Below, in pieces: positions 19,316 to 27,109 of a stretch of DNA of 64,000 nt (position 1 is its first letter; each line of letters opens with the position of its first letter). The stretch is taken from assembly GCA_910588015.1 (NCBI GenBank), contig CAJUOK010000003.1, forward strand, positions 79,742 through 143,741, in the 5' to 3' direction. Under the pieces are notes generated by a model. It saw nothing but the letters and a program-made list of their open reading frames with translations. It was not told the DNA's origin and searched no databases. The translations under genes and the position numbers were made by a program. Origin of the DNA: an uncultured Christensenellaceae bacterium. GTDB lineage: Bacteria; Bacillota; Clostridia; Christensenellales; UBA3700.

Positions 19316-19696
19316 TTAGAGCTTGTCGGAACAGTAGGTCTTTCCGCTACGTAGATCGATGAGAATTTCGACATACCTGTCTCGTTCTGAACCTTCGCTG
19401 CCAAGAACGCATTCCTCATAGAAGTCGATGGCTTCCTGCCTGTCGTCAAAGGTGCGGTCTTTGCCGTAGTTGTGGACGATGACATAGTTCAGCTTTTTGC
19501 AGATGTCTTCGCCATATGCAACATTCAAACTGCTGCCGTTGTCCCACTTGACCATTATTGAGCCGATGTCATCAACCCCTCTCACTGTCCCTTTGGTGCC
19601 GATGGGCGGTGCTTGCTCATCTTCCATTTTTTCAAGCACCACCCTTGCCCCTACAGGAAACTGCTGACGAAGGCTTTCAAGTTCTCTGGTGTTCAT
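19316..19696 (-). CDS. DUF4314-like domain protein
   Basis: PPIGTKGTVRGVDDIGSIMVKWDNGSSL matches my recollection of the DUF4314 signature (G..GTV..VDD.G.I.V.WDNG.SL). Confidence 0.6.
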   Translation of the reverse strand: MNTRELESLRQQFPVGARVVLEKMEDEQAPPIGTKGTVRGVDDIGSIMVKWDNGSSLNVAYGEDICKKLNYVIVHNYGKDRTFDDRQEAIDFYEECVLGSEGSERDRYVEILIDLRSGKTYCSDKL

Positions 19697-19724
19697 ATTG
19701 CTTCCTCCATTTTTAAGTATGCGT

Positions 19725-19753
19725 ATATTAACTCTAAACGGAAATTATATCCA
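19725..19753 (-). promoter_or_regulatory. Repeated promoter, copy D (TGGATA-N17-TAATAT); no terminator half
   Basis: Lies directly after the methyltransferase stop codon. Confidence 0.5.
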
Positions 19754-19769
19754 GCGATAATTGCAAGAA

Positions 19770-22181
19770 TTATGCTTCTTTTTCATAGAGCTTTGCAATT
19801 GCTCTCAACACATATTTGACACAAGGTAATGCCACCCCGTTACCCCACAGCTTATACTCCGCTGCGTCGGAATACGGGTCTTTTATGTACGAAATAATCT
19901 GCGACCTGGTCTTCGGTTTTATTGCACTCCCTGTTGTCAAACGATAGGTTTCAAACACCTCCGTCCAGAACTCTATATCTTCTTCCATAGGTTCTGCGAT
20001 GCCAAGGTTGCGACACCAATCGCTAGGGAAACCTTGAAGTTTTGCGCATTCGGTTGGTGTGAGCCTACGCACGGAATAATCCGCGCCGACCATTCCGTTA
20101 TGATAGCCGGGGCAAGTGCCGTTCAACACGGTGTTCCCCTTGTTCTTCAGCACATACCTACCCACATCACGACTTGCGCTAGGATCGAATCCGTAAGGCT
20201 CGACAACCGCCCCCGGACCTTTCGCCATAAGCGGAGGTTCGAGTTCTTCTTCAAAGGACGGTTTGAACTTTGCGTTTGTACCTTGGTTGAAAGCATCACG
20301 CCCCACCCCATAGCTCGGTGCGTTTATGACATTGGGGTCTTTGTAATCCCTAGCCATAAGCGTAGGCGATTTCTCTTTCTCTACATCAGTGTAGCTTCCC
20401 GTTGTCATGCAGTAAACGGCAGGTTCACCACCGTGCGTACAAGTCAAGGTCGGTGCCTGGTTTTTTGGAACATTGCAAGCCGACTTCCCTCCGCCTTGGT
20501 CTACTGCGTAAACTTCATCGCTACTGTCGGAAGGGACGTGTTCTTCCACCACGGCAATTCCGCCTTGGTTACAAGTGGGGTTTCCGCCGTTCCCGTCAAG
20601 CGTTCTCGAAGTTTCCGCTTCGTAGACTCCGCTGTTAGGGTTGCTCGACTTCATTGAGTTGCTGTCCTTTGCGCAAATGCCAAAGGTGCGCTGAATCACG
20701 CAGTTGAAGTTGTCCTTGTCGGGCATCCGTTGATTGCCACCTGCGTTCTGCTTTGTGAGCGTGGGCGAAATTTGTCCACCATCCCAATTGCAAGGTTCAA
20801 AGAGCGTCTGGTCGTTATTGCAAGCAAGCGTAGCCGATTTGTCTTTTTGAATCAACGGCCCCTTGCCACCACCTTCACAGCCACTGCGGATTTTCATCAG
20901 AAGCGGAACACTGTTTTTTCTATTTTCAGAATCGACCACAAAAGGCTGATTGTTTCCACCCATACCATAAGTCGATGCTACTGTAGGTGCAACTTTTAAC
21001 GGCCCCCTATATCTTGTGTCTTGACTGTGATTCTCATAAACCTCGGGTAGCTCATTATCAGTTTGTTCTTCGTTTAAAACAAGCGGAACATTCCCTCCGC
21101 CTGTTCCCATTCGAGAAGTGAGCGTTTGAACTTTGCCATCCTCTGCAATTTTTACTCGGCTGTCCGTAGGATGGTTTTCCAATGCCACCGCTGCCGGGAC
21201 TTTCCCCGCTCGTATCGTGGGTGATGTTTCTTCTTCGTAGCCAATGCTCCTGGACTGCGCTGAATGCTCGGTATTGAAACCCGCCGCCATAACACACGGA
21301 GGATGGTGCGCTTCTGCGCGAAGTGCCGCAACCTTGTCTTTGGTTACGCCCATTCGGCTTCCGCCTTGGTCGTTGAGAACCACTCCGTTTCTGCCAGAGG
21401 ACATTCCGCAGTTCACACCGAGCGTTGCTTCAACATCGCCCGTTACGCTTCCGTTATACCCATCGAAGCCTGCCGCTCGAGCGCAAGTTTCAGCACCTCT
21501 GGCAGTTCCTTCCCTCGTATCGCTGCTCTCCGCAAAATCCCTTGACACGCCTTCGGACTCAAATAGTATTTTGCCTGCACATTCGCTTCCAAAATCTGCG
21601 ACAAGGTAGATTCTGCGACGTCTTTGAGGGACTCCGAAGTATTGCGCATCGATTGTGCGCCAGGCGAGAGAGTAACCGTTTCCCACGATTTCTCCCGCAT
21701 AAGTCCACTTCCCGTCTGCAGGTTCAGGTATAAGTATTTCTGGTTCTTTAACGGAGCAGACTGCTTCGAGAACCGAGCGGAAGTCTTGTCCCTTGTTGGA
21801 GCTGAATGCTCCGGGGACGTTTTCCCAAACAATGAACCTTGGATATTTTCCATTTGTTTTACTCCTCATTTCTTTGATGATGCGTATGGCTTGGTAGAAA
21901 AGGTTTGACCGCTCTCCGTTTTCCAAACCCGCACGTTTTCCCGCAACAGATAAATCTTGGCAAGGCGAACCGAAAGTGATTATGTCCACGGGTTCAACCT
22001 CGCCACCATCTATCTTGGAAACATCCCCGTAGTGCTTCACATTGGGGAAGTGCTTATTCGTTACGGCAATCGCAAACGGCTCGATTTCGGACTTCCACTT
22101 GGGTTCAATGCCGCAAAGCACTCCCCCAAGCGGAAAGCCACCCGAGCCATCAAACAGACTGCCCAGTGTTAACTTCTTCAT
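19770..22181 (-). CDS. DNA (cytosine-5)-methyltransferase with an unusually long (about 500 aa) variable region; probably multispecific
   Basis: Motif I FDGSGG, motif IV GSPCQDLS, ENV, QRRRRIYLV, C-terminal RRLTPTECAKLQGFP and GNGVALP. About 8 TL-type TRD-like motifs lie between them. Confidence 0.85.
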   Translation of the reverse strand: MKKLTLGSLFDGSGGFPLGGVLCGIEPKWKSEIEPFAIAVTNKHFPNVKHYGDVSKIDGGEVEPVDIITFGSPCQDLSVAGKRAGLENGERSNLFYQAIRIIKEMRSKTNGKYPRFIVWENVPGAFSSNKGQDFRSVLEAVCSVKEPEILIPEPADGKWTYAGEIVGNGYSLAWRTIDAQYFGVPQRRRRIYLVADFGSECAGKILFESEGVSRDFAESSDTREGTARGAETCARAAGFDGYNGSVTGDVEATLGVNCGMSSGRNGVVLNDQGGSRMGVTKDKVAALRAEAHHPPCVMAAGFNTEHSAQSRSIGYEEETSPTIRAGKVPAAVALENHPTDSRVKIAEDGKVQTLTSRMGTGGGNVPLVLNEEQTDNELPEVYENHSQDTRYRGPLKVAPTVASTYGMGGNNQPFVVDSENRKNSVPLLMKIRSGCEGGGKGPLIQKDKSATLACNNDQTLFEPCNWDGGQISPTLTKQNAGGNQRMPDKDNFNCVIQRTFGICAKDSNSMKSSNPNSGVYEAETSRTLDGNGGNPTCNQGGIAVVEEHVPSDSSDEVYAVDQGGGKSACNVPKNQAPTLTCTHGGEPAVYCMTTGSYTDVEKEKSPTLMARDYKDPNVINAPSYGVGRDAFNQGTNAKFKPSFEEELEPPLMAKGPGAVVEPYGFDPSASRDVGRYVLKNKGNTVLNGTCPGYHNGMVGADYSVRRLTPTECAKLQGFPSDWCRNLGIAEPMEEDIEFWTEVFETYRLTTGSAIKPKTRSQIISYIKDPYSDAAEYKLWGNGVALPCVKYVLRAIAKLYEKEA

Positions 22182-23427
22182 TTTCGTTTAACTCCTTCAC
22201 GAGTTCCTTGTAAGGTATCTGCTGTCCGCCACGGATGCAGTAAACGTTCTCGGCATCGTTGGTGTTCTCCACATACCTGCGCAAGATGACCGATGCGTAC
22301 TTTTCGTCAAGTTCCATCGTGTAGCAAATGCGGTTAGAAAGTTCGCAAGCCATAAGCGTAGAACCACTCCCACCAAAGGTATCCACCACGATTGCGTTTT
22401 CCTGCGTTGAGTTCTTCAACGGATAGGAAAGCAAATCAAGCGGTTTACTGGTGGGATGGTTCTCGTTGCGCTTCGGCTTTTTGAAGTTCCAAATCGTAGT
22501 CTGCTTTCTGTCGGAATACCAACTGTGCTTGCCGTTTTTAAGGAAGCCGTACAGCACAGGCTCGTGCTGCCATTGATAGTCACTGCGCCCAAGAACGAGC
22601 GAGTCCTTAACCCATATGCAGCACCCCGCTAGGTGGAAGCCTGCGTTGGAGAATGCGTTACGGAAATTCAAACCTTCGGTGTCAGCGTGGAAAACATATC
22701 CCGCCGCCCCCGGTTCTGCGTGTGCGACCATATTCTTGAAAGCCGCAAGCAAGAAGTTGTAAAACTCCTCGTTCTTGAGCGAGTCGTTCTGTATTTTCAG
22801 TCCGCTCGATGATGTGAACGATACTCCGTAGGGCGGGTCGGTAAGGATAAGGTTTGCCTTCTTCCCGTCCATCAGAAGGTTGACATCGGCTTCGTTGGTT
22901 GCATCGCCGCAGACAAGTCTGTGCCTTCCGACAACCCACACATCACCACGCTCAACGAAGGATGCCTTCTCGAGTGCTTCCGTAAGGTCATAGTCATCGT
23001 CTTCCACTTCGGCTTTAACGTCCGCAAAAAAGTCTGCGAGTTCCTTTTCGTCAAAACCCGTAAGACCAAGGTCGAAGTTGAGACCTTCCAACTCCTGCAA
23101 TTCCACACGCAAGAGTTCTTCATCCCAACCCGCATCAAGCGCCATTCGGTTGTCCGCCAAAATGTATGCTTTCTTTTGCGCTTCGGTGAGATGGTCAACG
23201 AACACGCACGGTACTTCTTTGATGCCTTCCGCTTTCGCCGCCATAACTCTGCCGTGTCCTGCTATGATGGTCAAATCCCTATCAACGATGACTGGGTTAA
23301 TGAAGCCGAACTCACGCAGCGAAGAACGCAGTTTCAAAATCTGCTCCTGGCTGTGGGTTCTGGCATTGTTCGCATACGGCACGAGCTTATCGGTTGCGAC
23401 AAGCGTGAGTTCGGTAGTCGTATTCAT
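22150..23427 (-). CDS. ParB-like N-terminal domain fused to an N6-adenine/N4-cytosine DNA methyltransferase
   Basis: Start at MNTTTELT (TAATG overlap with the metK-like gene). ParB-like IIAGHGR; catalytic DPPYG; SAM-binding DTFGGSGST. Confidence 0.85.
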   Translation of the reverse strand: MNTTTELTLVATDKLVPYANNARTHSQEQILKLRSSLREFGFINPVIVDRDLTIIAGHGRVMAAKAEGIKEVPCVFVDHLTEAQKKAYILADNRMALDAGWDEELLRVELQELEGLNFDLGLTGFDEKELADFFADVKAEVEDDDYDLTEALEKASFVERGDVWVVGRHRLVCGDATNEADVNLLMDGKKANLILTDPPYGVSFTSSSGLKIQNDSLKNEEFYNFLLAAFKNMVAHAEPGAAGYVFHADTEGLNFRNAFSNAGFHLAGCCIWVKDSLVLGRSDYQWQHEPVLYGFLKNGKHSWYSDRKQTTIWNFKKPKRNENHPTSKPLDLLSYPLKNSTQENAIVVDTFGGSGSTLMACELSNRICYTMELDEKYASVILRRYVENTNDAENVYCIRGGQQIPYKELVKELNENEEVNTGQSV

Positions 23428-24209
23428 TACACCAACCCCCACTCTGCAAACTTCTCGAAACCGCCAAGGTCGAAGATGAACTCCCTAGCAATCTCCACGA
23501 TTTCGTTATAAGGTTTTCCGTCTATGTACTCGTCCCCGATTGCACAGCACAGTTCCACAGGTACTCCCGTTTCCTGTGCTTTAATGAATGCATACACATT
23601 CACGCTCACATCCGCCTTCGACAAGTCCTTACCATGCAAGCCACCACCCGTTACCGAGTCCGCCATATCCGAGCCGAGCTTGCGGTTGGTTGCGCCCGTG
23701 TCAACATCAGTGCCACCAAACCAATCTCCAAGCGGATTGACCTCTGCCGTTTTATACTTGCTTGAAAGTTCCGTGCTTCTCGCTTGGCTTTGGCAAATAA
23801 TGAGCCTTTCGCCATTCAGGATGTATTTCCCGTCAGTGGGATACGCAGCATAGATTTCTCTTGCCACTCTTGCGAGTTCTTTCTGTTCCTTTGTAAGCGG
23901 TACACCCCTGAATATGCCGTTGTCACCGCAGCGGAAACCATCCGCCTGGTTCTCTGCGAGATGCTTGTCTTGCGGCACTTCAACATAATCCACAGCGACA
24001 TTACCCGCAATGCGTTTTACGAGTTCCTTGACTTCCGACGTTGCCAAGCACACCGAACTTTCTGCGATTATATGGCACTTGCCGTGTCCGATAAGGACTT
24101 CAACCGCAATCTTGGGATTGTCCTGGTTCTTGTACGCAAGGTCAACTATCGCTCCCGCAATTCGGTCTGCCACCTTATCGGGATGACTAGGGTTTACTTT
24201 TTCAAACAT
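23427..24209 (-). CDS. metK: Compact (260 aa) S-adenosylmethionine synthetase-like protein
   Basis: SHPDKVADRI (compare GHPDK..D.IS), CGDNG (compare GAGDQG), TGATNRK and GGGLHGKDLSKADVS (compare GGGAFSGKDPSKVDRS). Confidence 0.7.
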   Translation of the reverse strand: MFEKVNPSHPDKVADRIAGAIVDLAYKNQDNPKIAVEVLIGHGKCHIIAESSVCLATSEVKELVKRIAGNVAVDYVEVPQDKHLAENQADGFRCGDNGIFRGVPLTKEQKELARVAREIYAAYPTDGKYILNGERLIICQSQARSTELSSKYKTAEVNPLGDWFGGTDVDTGATNRKLGSDMADSVTGGGLHGKDLSKADVSVNVYAFIKAQETGVPVELCCAIGDEYIDGKPYNEIVEIAREFIFDLGGFEKFAEWGLV

Positions 24210-24211
24210 TG

Positions 24212-24754
24212 TTACTTCCTCCTGGTGTTAAGTAATCTTTCCATCAAATCGTCCTGTGGGTTCGCGCCCGAATAATCAACCGTGCAGTTGTCCTTGACGA
24301 TTTGATAAATTTCATTCCATTGCCTTATGGCTTGGTTCATGTACTGAATGCCAATATTAATGAACGGCGAAGGTATCGGCTTACCCGTGGTAGGATGCCT
24401 ACCGAGCATACCGAGTTGGTTCGTCATCTCCTCGCACTGAATCCATCTCGCAGCGCAGACAGCGTATCGCTCAATAAGTTGCGGAGACACAATTGCCGTG
24501 CATCCTATCTTCTTCAACCACTGCCAAGTTTCAGTGTAGATTTCCTTGGCTTGCAGTTCACCACCGTCTCTCTGCTTTGCGGAAAGGAACTCGTGGGGTT
24601 CGGGCATCTCCACACCTTCTGTGTCGGGAATATCCAGAACCTTAATTGTTTTGCCACTGCCTTCTGCAAGTTTATCAATGGCAGGCTTCGGCTTTCTGCC
24701 AGCACCATTTCTTGCACCGCCTTTTCCGCCGATATTATTCGATTTTGTTGGCAC
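24212..24754 (-). CDS. terS: Terminase small subunit, P27 family
   Basis: GTG start with a GGAGG RBS. The central region (AKEIY..TW.WL...G......L.ERYA) is typical of P27-type TerS. Sits next to HNH. Confidence 0.75.
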   Translation of the reverse strand: MPTKSNNIGGKGGARNGAGRKPKPAIDKLAEGSGKTIKVLDIPDTEGVEMPEPHEFLSAKQRDGGELQAKEIYTETWQWLKKIGCTAIVSPQLIERYAVCAARWIQCEEMTNQLGMLGRHPTTGKPIPSPFINIGIQYMNQAIRQWNEIYQIVKDNCTVDYSGANPQDDLMERLLNTRRK

Positions 24755-24924
24755 AAAGCCACCTCCTTTCTCTCGCCCAAAGGCATCGAAATTGTGACCT
24801 TTGAGCGGGAATTATTTTGGAAATCAGCTAGGCTTTAATTACCCTTTTGATTTCGACGTTTTTGCGTAAGAAACCCCACGCCGATGCCCAAATAAAAAAT
24901 CGTAGAGATTTGACCGCCCTACCC
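24755..24924 (-). other. Probable cos (packaging) region between HNH and terS
   Basis: By analogy with HK97-type cos phages, where the HNH gene and terS flank cos. No end sequence can be read directly. Confidence 0.3.
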
Positions 24925-25287
24925 CTAACGCTCGGAAGGATGACGGTCACCAAGTTCGATATGGATTTTATTGTGGCAACTTCTGCACAAACTCATTAAG
25001 TTGCTGTCTGCATTCGAGCCGCCTCGGTTGACGGGTAAAATGTGGTGAACTTCTTCCACAGGTGTCAGCCGCCCTTCTGCAAGGCATCTCTCACAAAGCG
25101 GATGCGCTTTGACGTACCTTGCACGGATGCGCTTCCATTCTCGTCCATACTTCTTGTTGTGGTCGGAACTGCGCTGATATTTGTTGTAGCTGTTCACCGC
25201 CTGGCTCTTGTGCTTTGCACAGTAGGTTTCGTCCGTAAGATTTGGACAGCCAGGGAAGGCGCACGGTTTTTTCGGTTTGTGCGGCAT
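24925..25287 (-). CDS. HNH endonuclease (packaging-associated)
   Basis: Start at MPHKPKKPC (GGAGGG RBS); CERC...HHILP...N...LCRSCHNKIH. Confidence 0.85.
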   Translation of the reverse strand: MPHKPKKPCAFPGCPNLTDETYCAKHKSQAVNSYNKYQRSSDHNKKYGREWKRIRARYVKAHPLCERCLAEGRLTPVEEVHHILPVNRGGSNADSNLMSLCRSCHNKIHIELGDRHPSER

Positions 25288-25376
25288 ACTGCCCTCCTTC
25301 ATAGTTCGCGAAAAAAACATCTCCTATTATGGAGAGCAGAATTATCTGTTCTACTACCACAATAGGAGGTGCCGTT

Positions 25377-25556
25377 ATGGACACGATTTTTGAAATAAAA
25401 ATCAAGTCGTTAGAAGTTGCTATTGATAGACAAGCGTTGCGTATTCTGCACAACGGAAGCCAGGTATTCAAAATCAGCCACATTGAAATCAAATCACTGG
25501 CTCTGCTCGTCATCAATAAGGTAAAGCAACTTCAAGAAAGCAAAGAAATCCAATAA
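25377..25556 (+). CDS. Hypothetical 59-aa protein; the only plus-strand gene inside the phage body
   Basis: Start reset to MDTIFEIK (AGGAGGTGCCGTT-ATG). Confidence 0.45.
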   Translation: MDTIFEIKIKSLEVAIDRQALRILHNGSQVFKISHIEIKSLALLVINKVKQLQESKEIQ

Positions 25557-25603
25557 ATAATTAAGGGGTGCGGTTAATTCCGTTCCCCTTGATTATTACT
25601 CAG

Positions 25604-25626
25604 AATGCGCTAAAATTTTATGCGCA
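25604..25626. repeat. 23-nt imperfect palindrome (AATGCGCTAAAATTTTATGCGCA); an exact inverted copy lies at 55768-55790
   Basis: The reverse complement is identical to 55768-55790 and both flanks diverge. Confidence 0.9.
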
Positions 25627-25858
25627 TTTCCATTGCATAGAAAAAGGCTCGTGAGCTTTCGCCCACAAGCCTCTGTGTGATTTTCCACGATACCATTTTA
25701 ACATAAGGAAAGGTATCTCACAAGTACCATCAAGTGCCACTCAGGCACCATATAAGTACCATTGAGTGCCGACTTTCTAAAATACTGTTCGCATTCAACA
25801 ATTTTCTACAATCTTGGGAATAAAATTCATACAATCTTGGGAATTACTTTGTGTTTTC

Positions 25859-25888
25859 AGAAAAAACCGCACCCTTTCAAGTGCGGTT
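25859..25888 (-). terminator. Rho-independent terminator after the parE-like gene
   Basis: Minus strand AACCGCAC-UUGAAAGG-GUGCGGUU followed by UUUUUC. Confidence 0.8.
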
Positions 25889-25898
25889 CGGTTGTTGA

Positions 25899-26222
25899 TT
25901 AAGTTATCTTCTTCAATACCCTTGTGTAATCTTTCTTGCCATTGAACACAGCGTTGATATAGACCTTCGCTAAAGACTCATCAACCGTATAGAAAATCAA
26001 ATACTCTTTATGTACCAGAAACCTATACCCTGAACTCGACAAAGTCCTATCCTTTGGTATCGCCCCTGACATAGGAAAATCCACAAGTCTTGCACACTGG
26101 TCCGTTAGTTCTCTGACAAATCGCTTTGCAATTTCTTTATTCTTTGACTCTTCTGCGATATAAACTGCAATGTCTCTTAAATCCGATTTCGCTGTATCGG
26201 TGAATTCTATCGTATATTTCAT
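25899..26222 (-). CDS. parE: ParE/RelE-family toxin
   Basis: 107 aa; 4-nt overlap with the upstream antitoxin gene. The Y.I.F...A..DL..I..YI N-terminus is typical. Confidence 0.75.
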   Translation of the reverse strand: MKYTIEFTDTAKSDLRDIAVYIAEESKNKEIAKRFVRELTDQCARLVDFPMSGAIPKDRTLSSSGYRFLVHKEYLIFYTVDESLAKVYINAVFNGKKDYTRVLKKIT

Positions 26223-26515
26223 AATTCGATTTTATCAATATCCCTCAAGATATCTTCCACCGCCGAACTCATCGGTTGCACTCTGCCAAGTTTGATATCA
26301 TCTTGCGCTTGAGCCAAGTGTGCGTAAAGTTGCAATCTTTCTTGCATCTCTGCTATTTGACGCTGTTGTTCCAAAAAGTCATTATGACTCATCAGCACAG
26401 TATCTTCACGCCCATTGACGGTTATCGCCACTGGATGCTGATGCGCTATTGCCGCTATCTGTGCATAGTTCGTCCTTATATCCTTTGAAGGTCTAATCGA
26501 GATTTCTCCGCTCAT
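26219..26515 (-). CDS. Phd/YefM-type antitoxin
   Basis: 98 aa; N-terminal R.NY..I.......P..IT.NG....V.MS pattern. Confidence 0.7.
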   Translation of the reverse strand: MSGEISIRPSKDIRTNYAQIAAIAHQHPVAITVNGREDTVLMSHNDFLEQQRQIAEMQERLQLYAHLAQAQDDIKLGRVQPMSSAVEDILRDIDKIEL

Positions 26516-26544
26516 AATTTCACCTCGCTTTATTTGGTAGTCAT

Positions 26545-26573
26545 ATTATACCCTAATTTGACAACCTTGTCAA
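26545..26573 (-). promoter_or_regulatory. Consensus sigma-A promoter (TTGACA-N17-TATAAT) with an embedded TTGACAAGGTTGTCAA palindrome (probable antitoxin operator)
   Basis: Read directly on the minus strand upstream of the antitoxin gene. Confidence 0.75.
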
Positions 26574-26587
26574 TAGTATTTTATGCA

Positions 26588-26660
26588 AAAAACAAAAAAA
26601 TAAGCACCGCATAACAGATTAAACGAGAATCTCTCATCGCCCCTGCCTCAAACGGTGCTT
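26588..26660 (-). terminator. Long-stem terminator after the late-regulator gene
   Basis: AAGCACCG...CGGUGCUU followed by AUUUUUUUGUUUUUUG on the minus strand. Confidence 0.6.
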
Positions 26661-26695
26661 AAAAATAGTATATTCAAAAACGACAACTATGTCAA

Positions 26696-27109
26696 TCATT
26701 CTGGAACTACTATTTTGCTTATTGCCTCCCTATGCCATCGCATTGCAGTCGTCTTTGCGATAGAGAGTTTTGCACAGACCATCCCCCACTCTAAATCTTG
26801 CAAATATCGAAGTATCAACAGTGCCTTGTAATCTTCGTTTGACAATTCTTCGATTACGCTTGTTATTTCGGCTTGAAGATTATCACGCTGTTCTTTCAGC
26901 TTTTCAACTTTCTCTTCAAGTTCGAGAACCTTATGCACCATTTTCGTAAACGGCGCATCAGTGCTTCGACTTCTGCTTACCCTCGGTTCGTCATTTGAGG
27001 AACTTGACGGAGAGCAAGACAGTTCTCTATAAAAGCCGATATTCGTTTCTAGCTTTGCTATCTGCCGCCCAAGCACTGCTGCCTGCGACAAGTATTCCTC
27101 CTTTGTCAT
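26696..27109 (-). CDS. Sigma-70 region-4-like HTH regulator (ArpU/RinA/DUF1492-type late activator candidate)
   Basis: Start at MTKEEY (1-nt overlap with the upstream stop). C-terminal LILRYLQDLEWGMVCAKLSIAKTTAMRWHREA. Confidence 0.55.
   Translation of the reverse strand: MTKEEYLSQAAVLGRQIAKLETNIGFYRELSCSPSSSSNDEPRVSRSRSTDAPFTKMVHKVLELEEKVEKLKEQRDNLQAEITSVIEELSNEDYKALLILRYLQDLEWGMVCAKLSIAKTTAMRWHREAISKIVVPE

Noticed and set aside
18111-19485. Track ORFs 18111-18452(+), 18696-19175(+), 18974-19195(+) and 19177-19485(-).
   Set aside because: They run through the repeated terminator/promoter cassettes or antisense to better-supported genes. They lack an RBS and have hydrophobic or low-complexity composition.
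20034-21908. Multiple 79-207-aa ORFs in alternative frames inside the 803-aa methyltransferase gene.
   Set aside because: They are nested in a gene with clear m5C-methyltransferase motifs at both ends and have no independent start signals.
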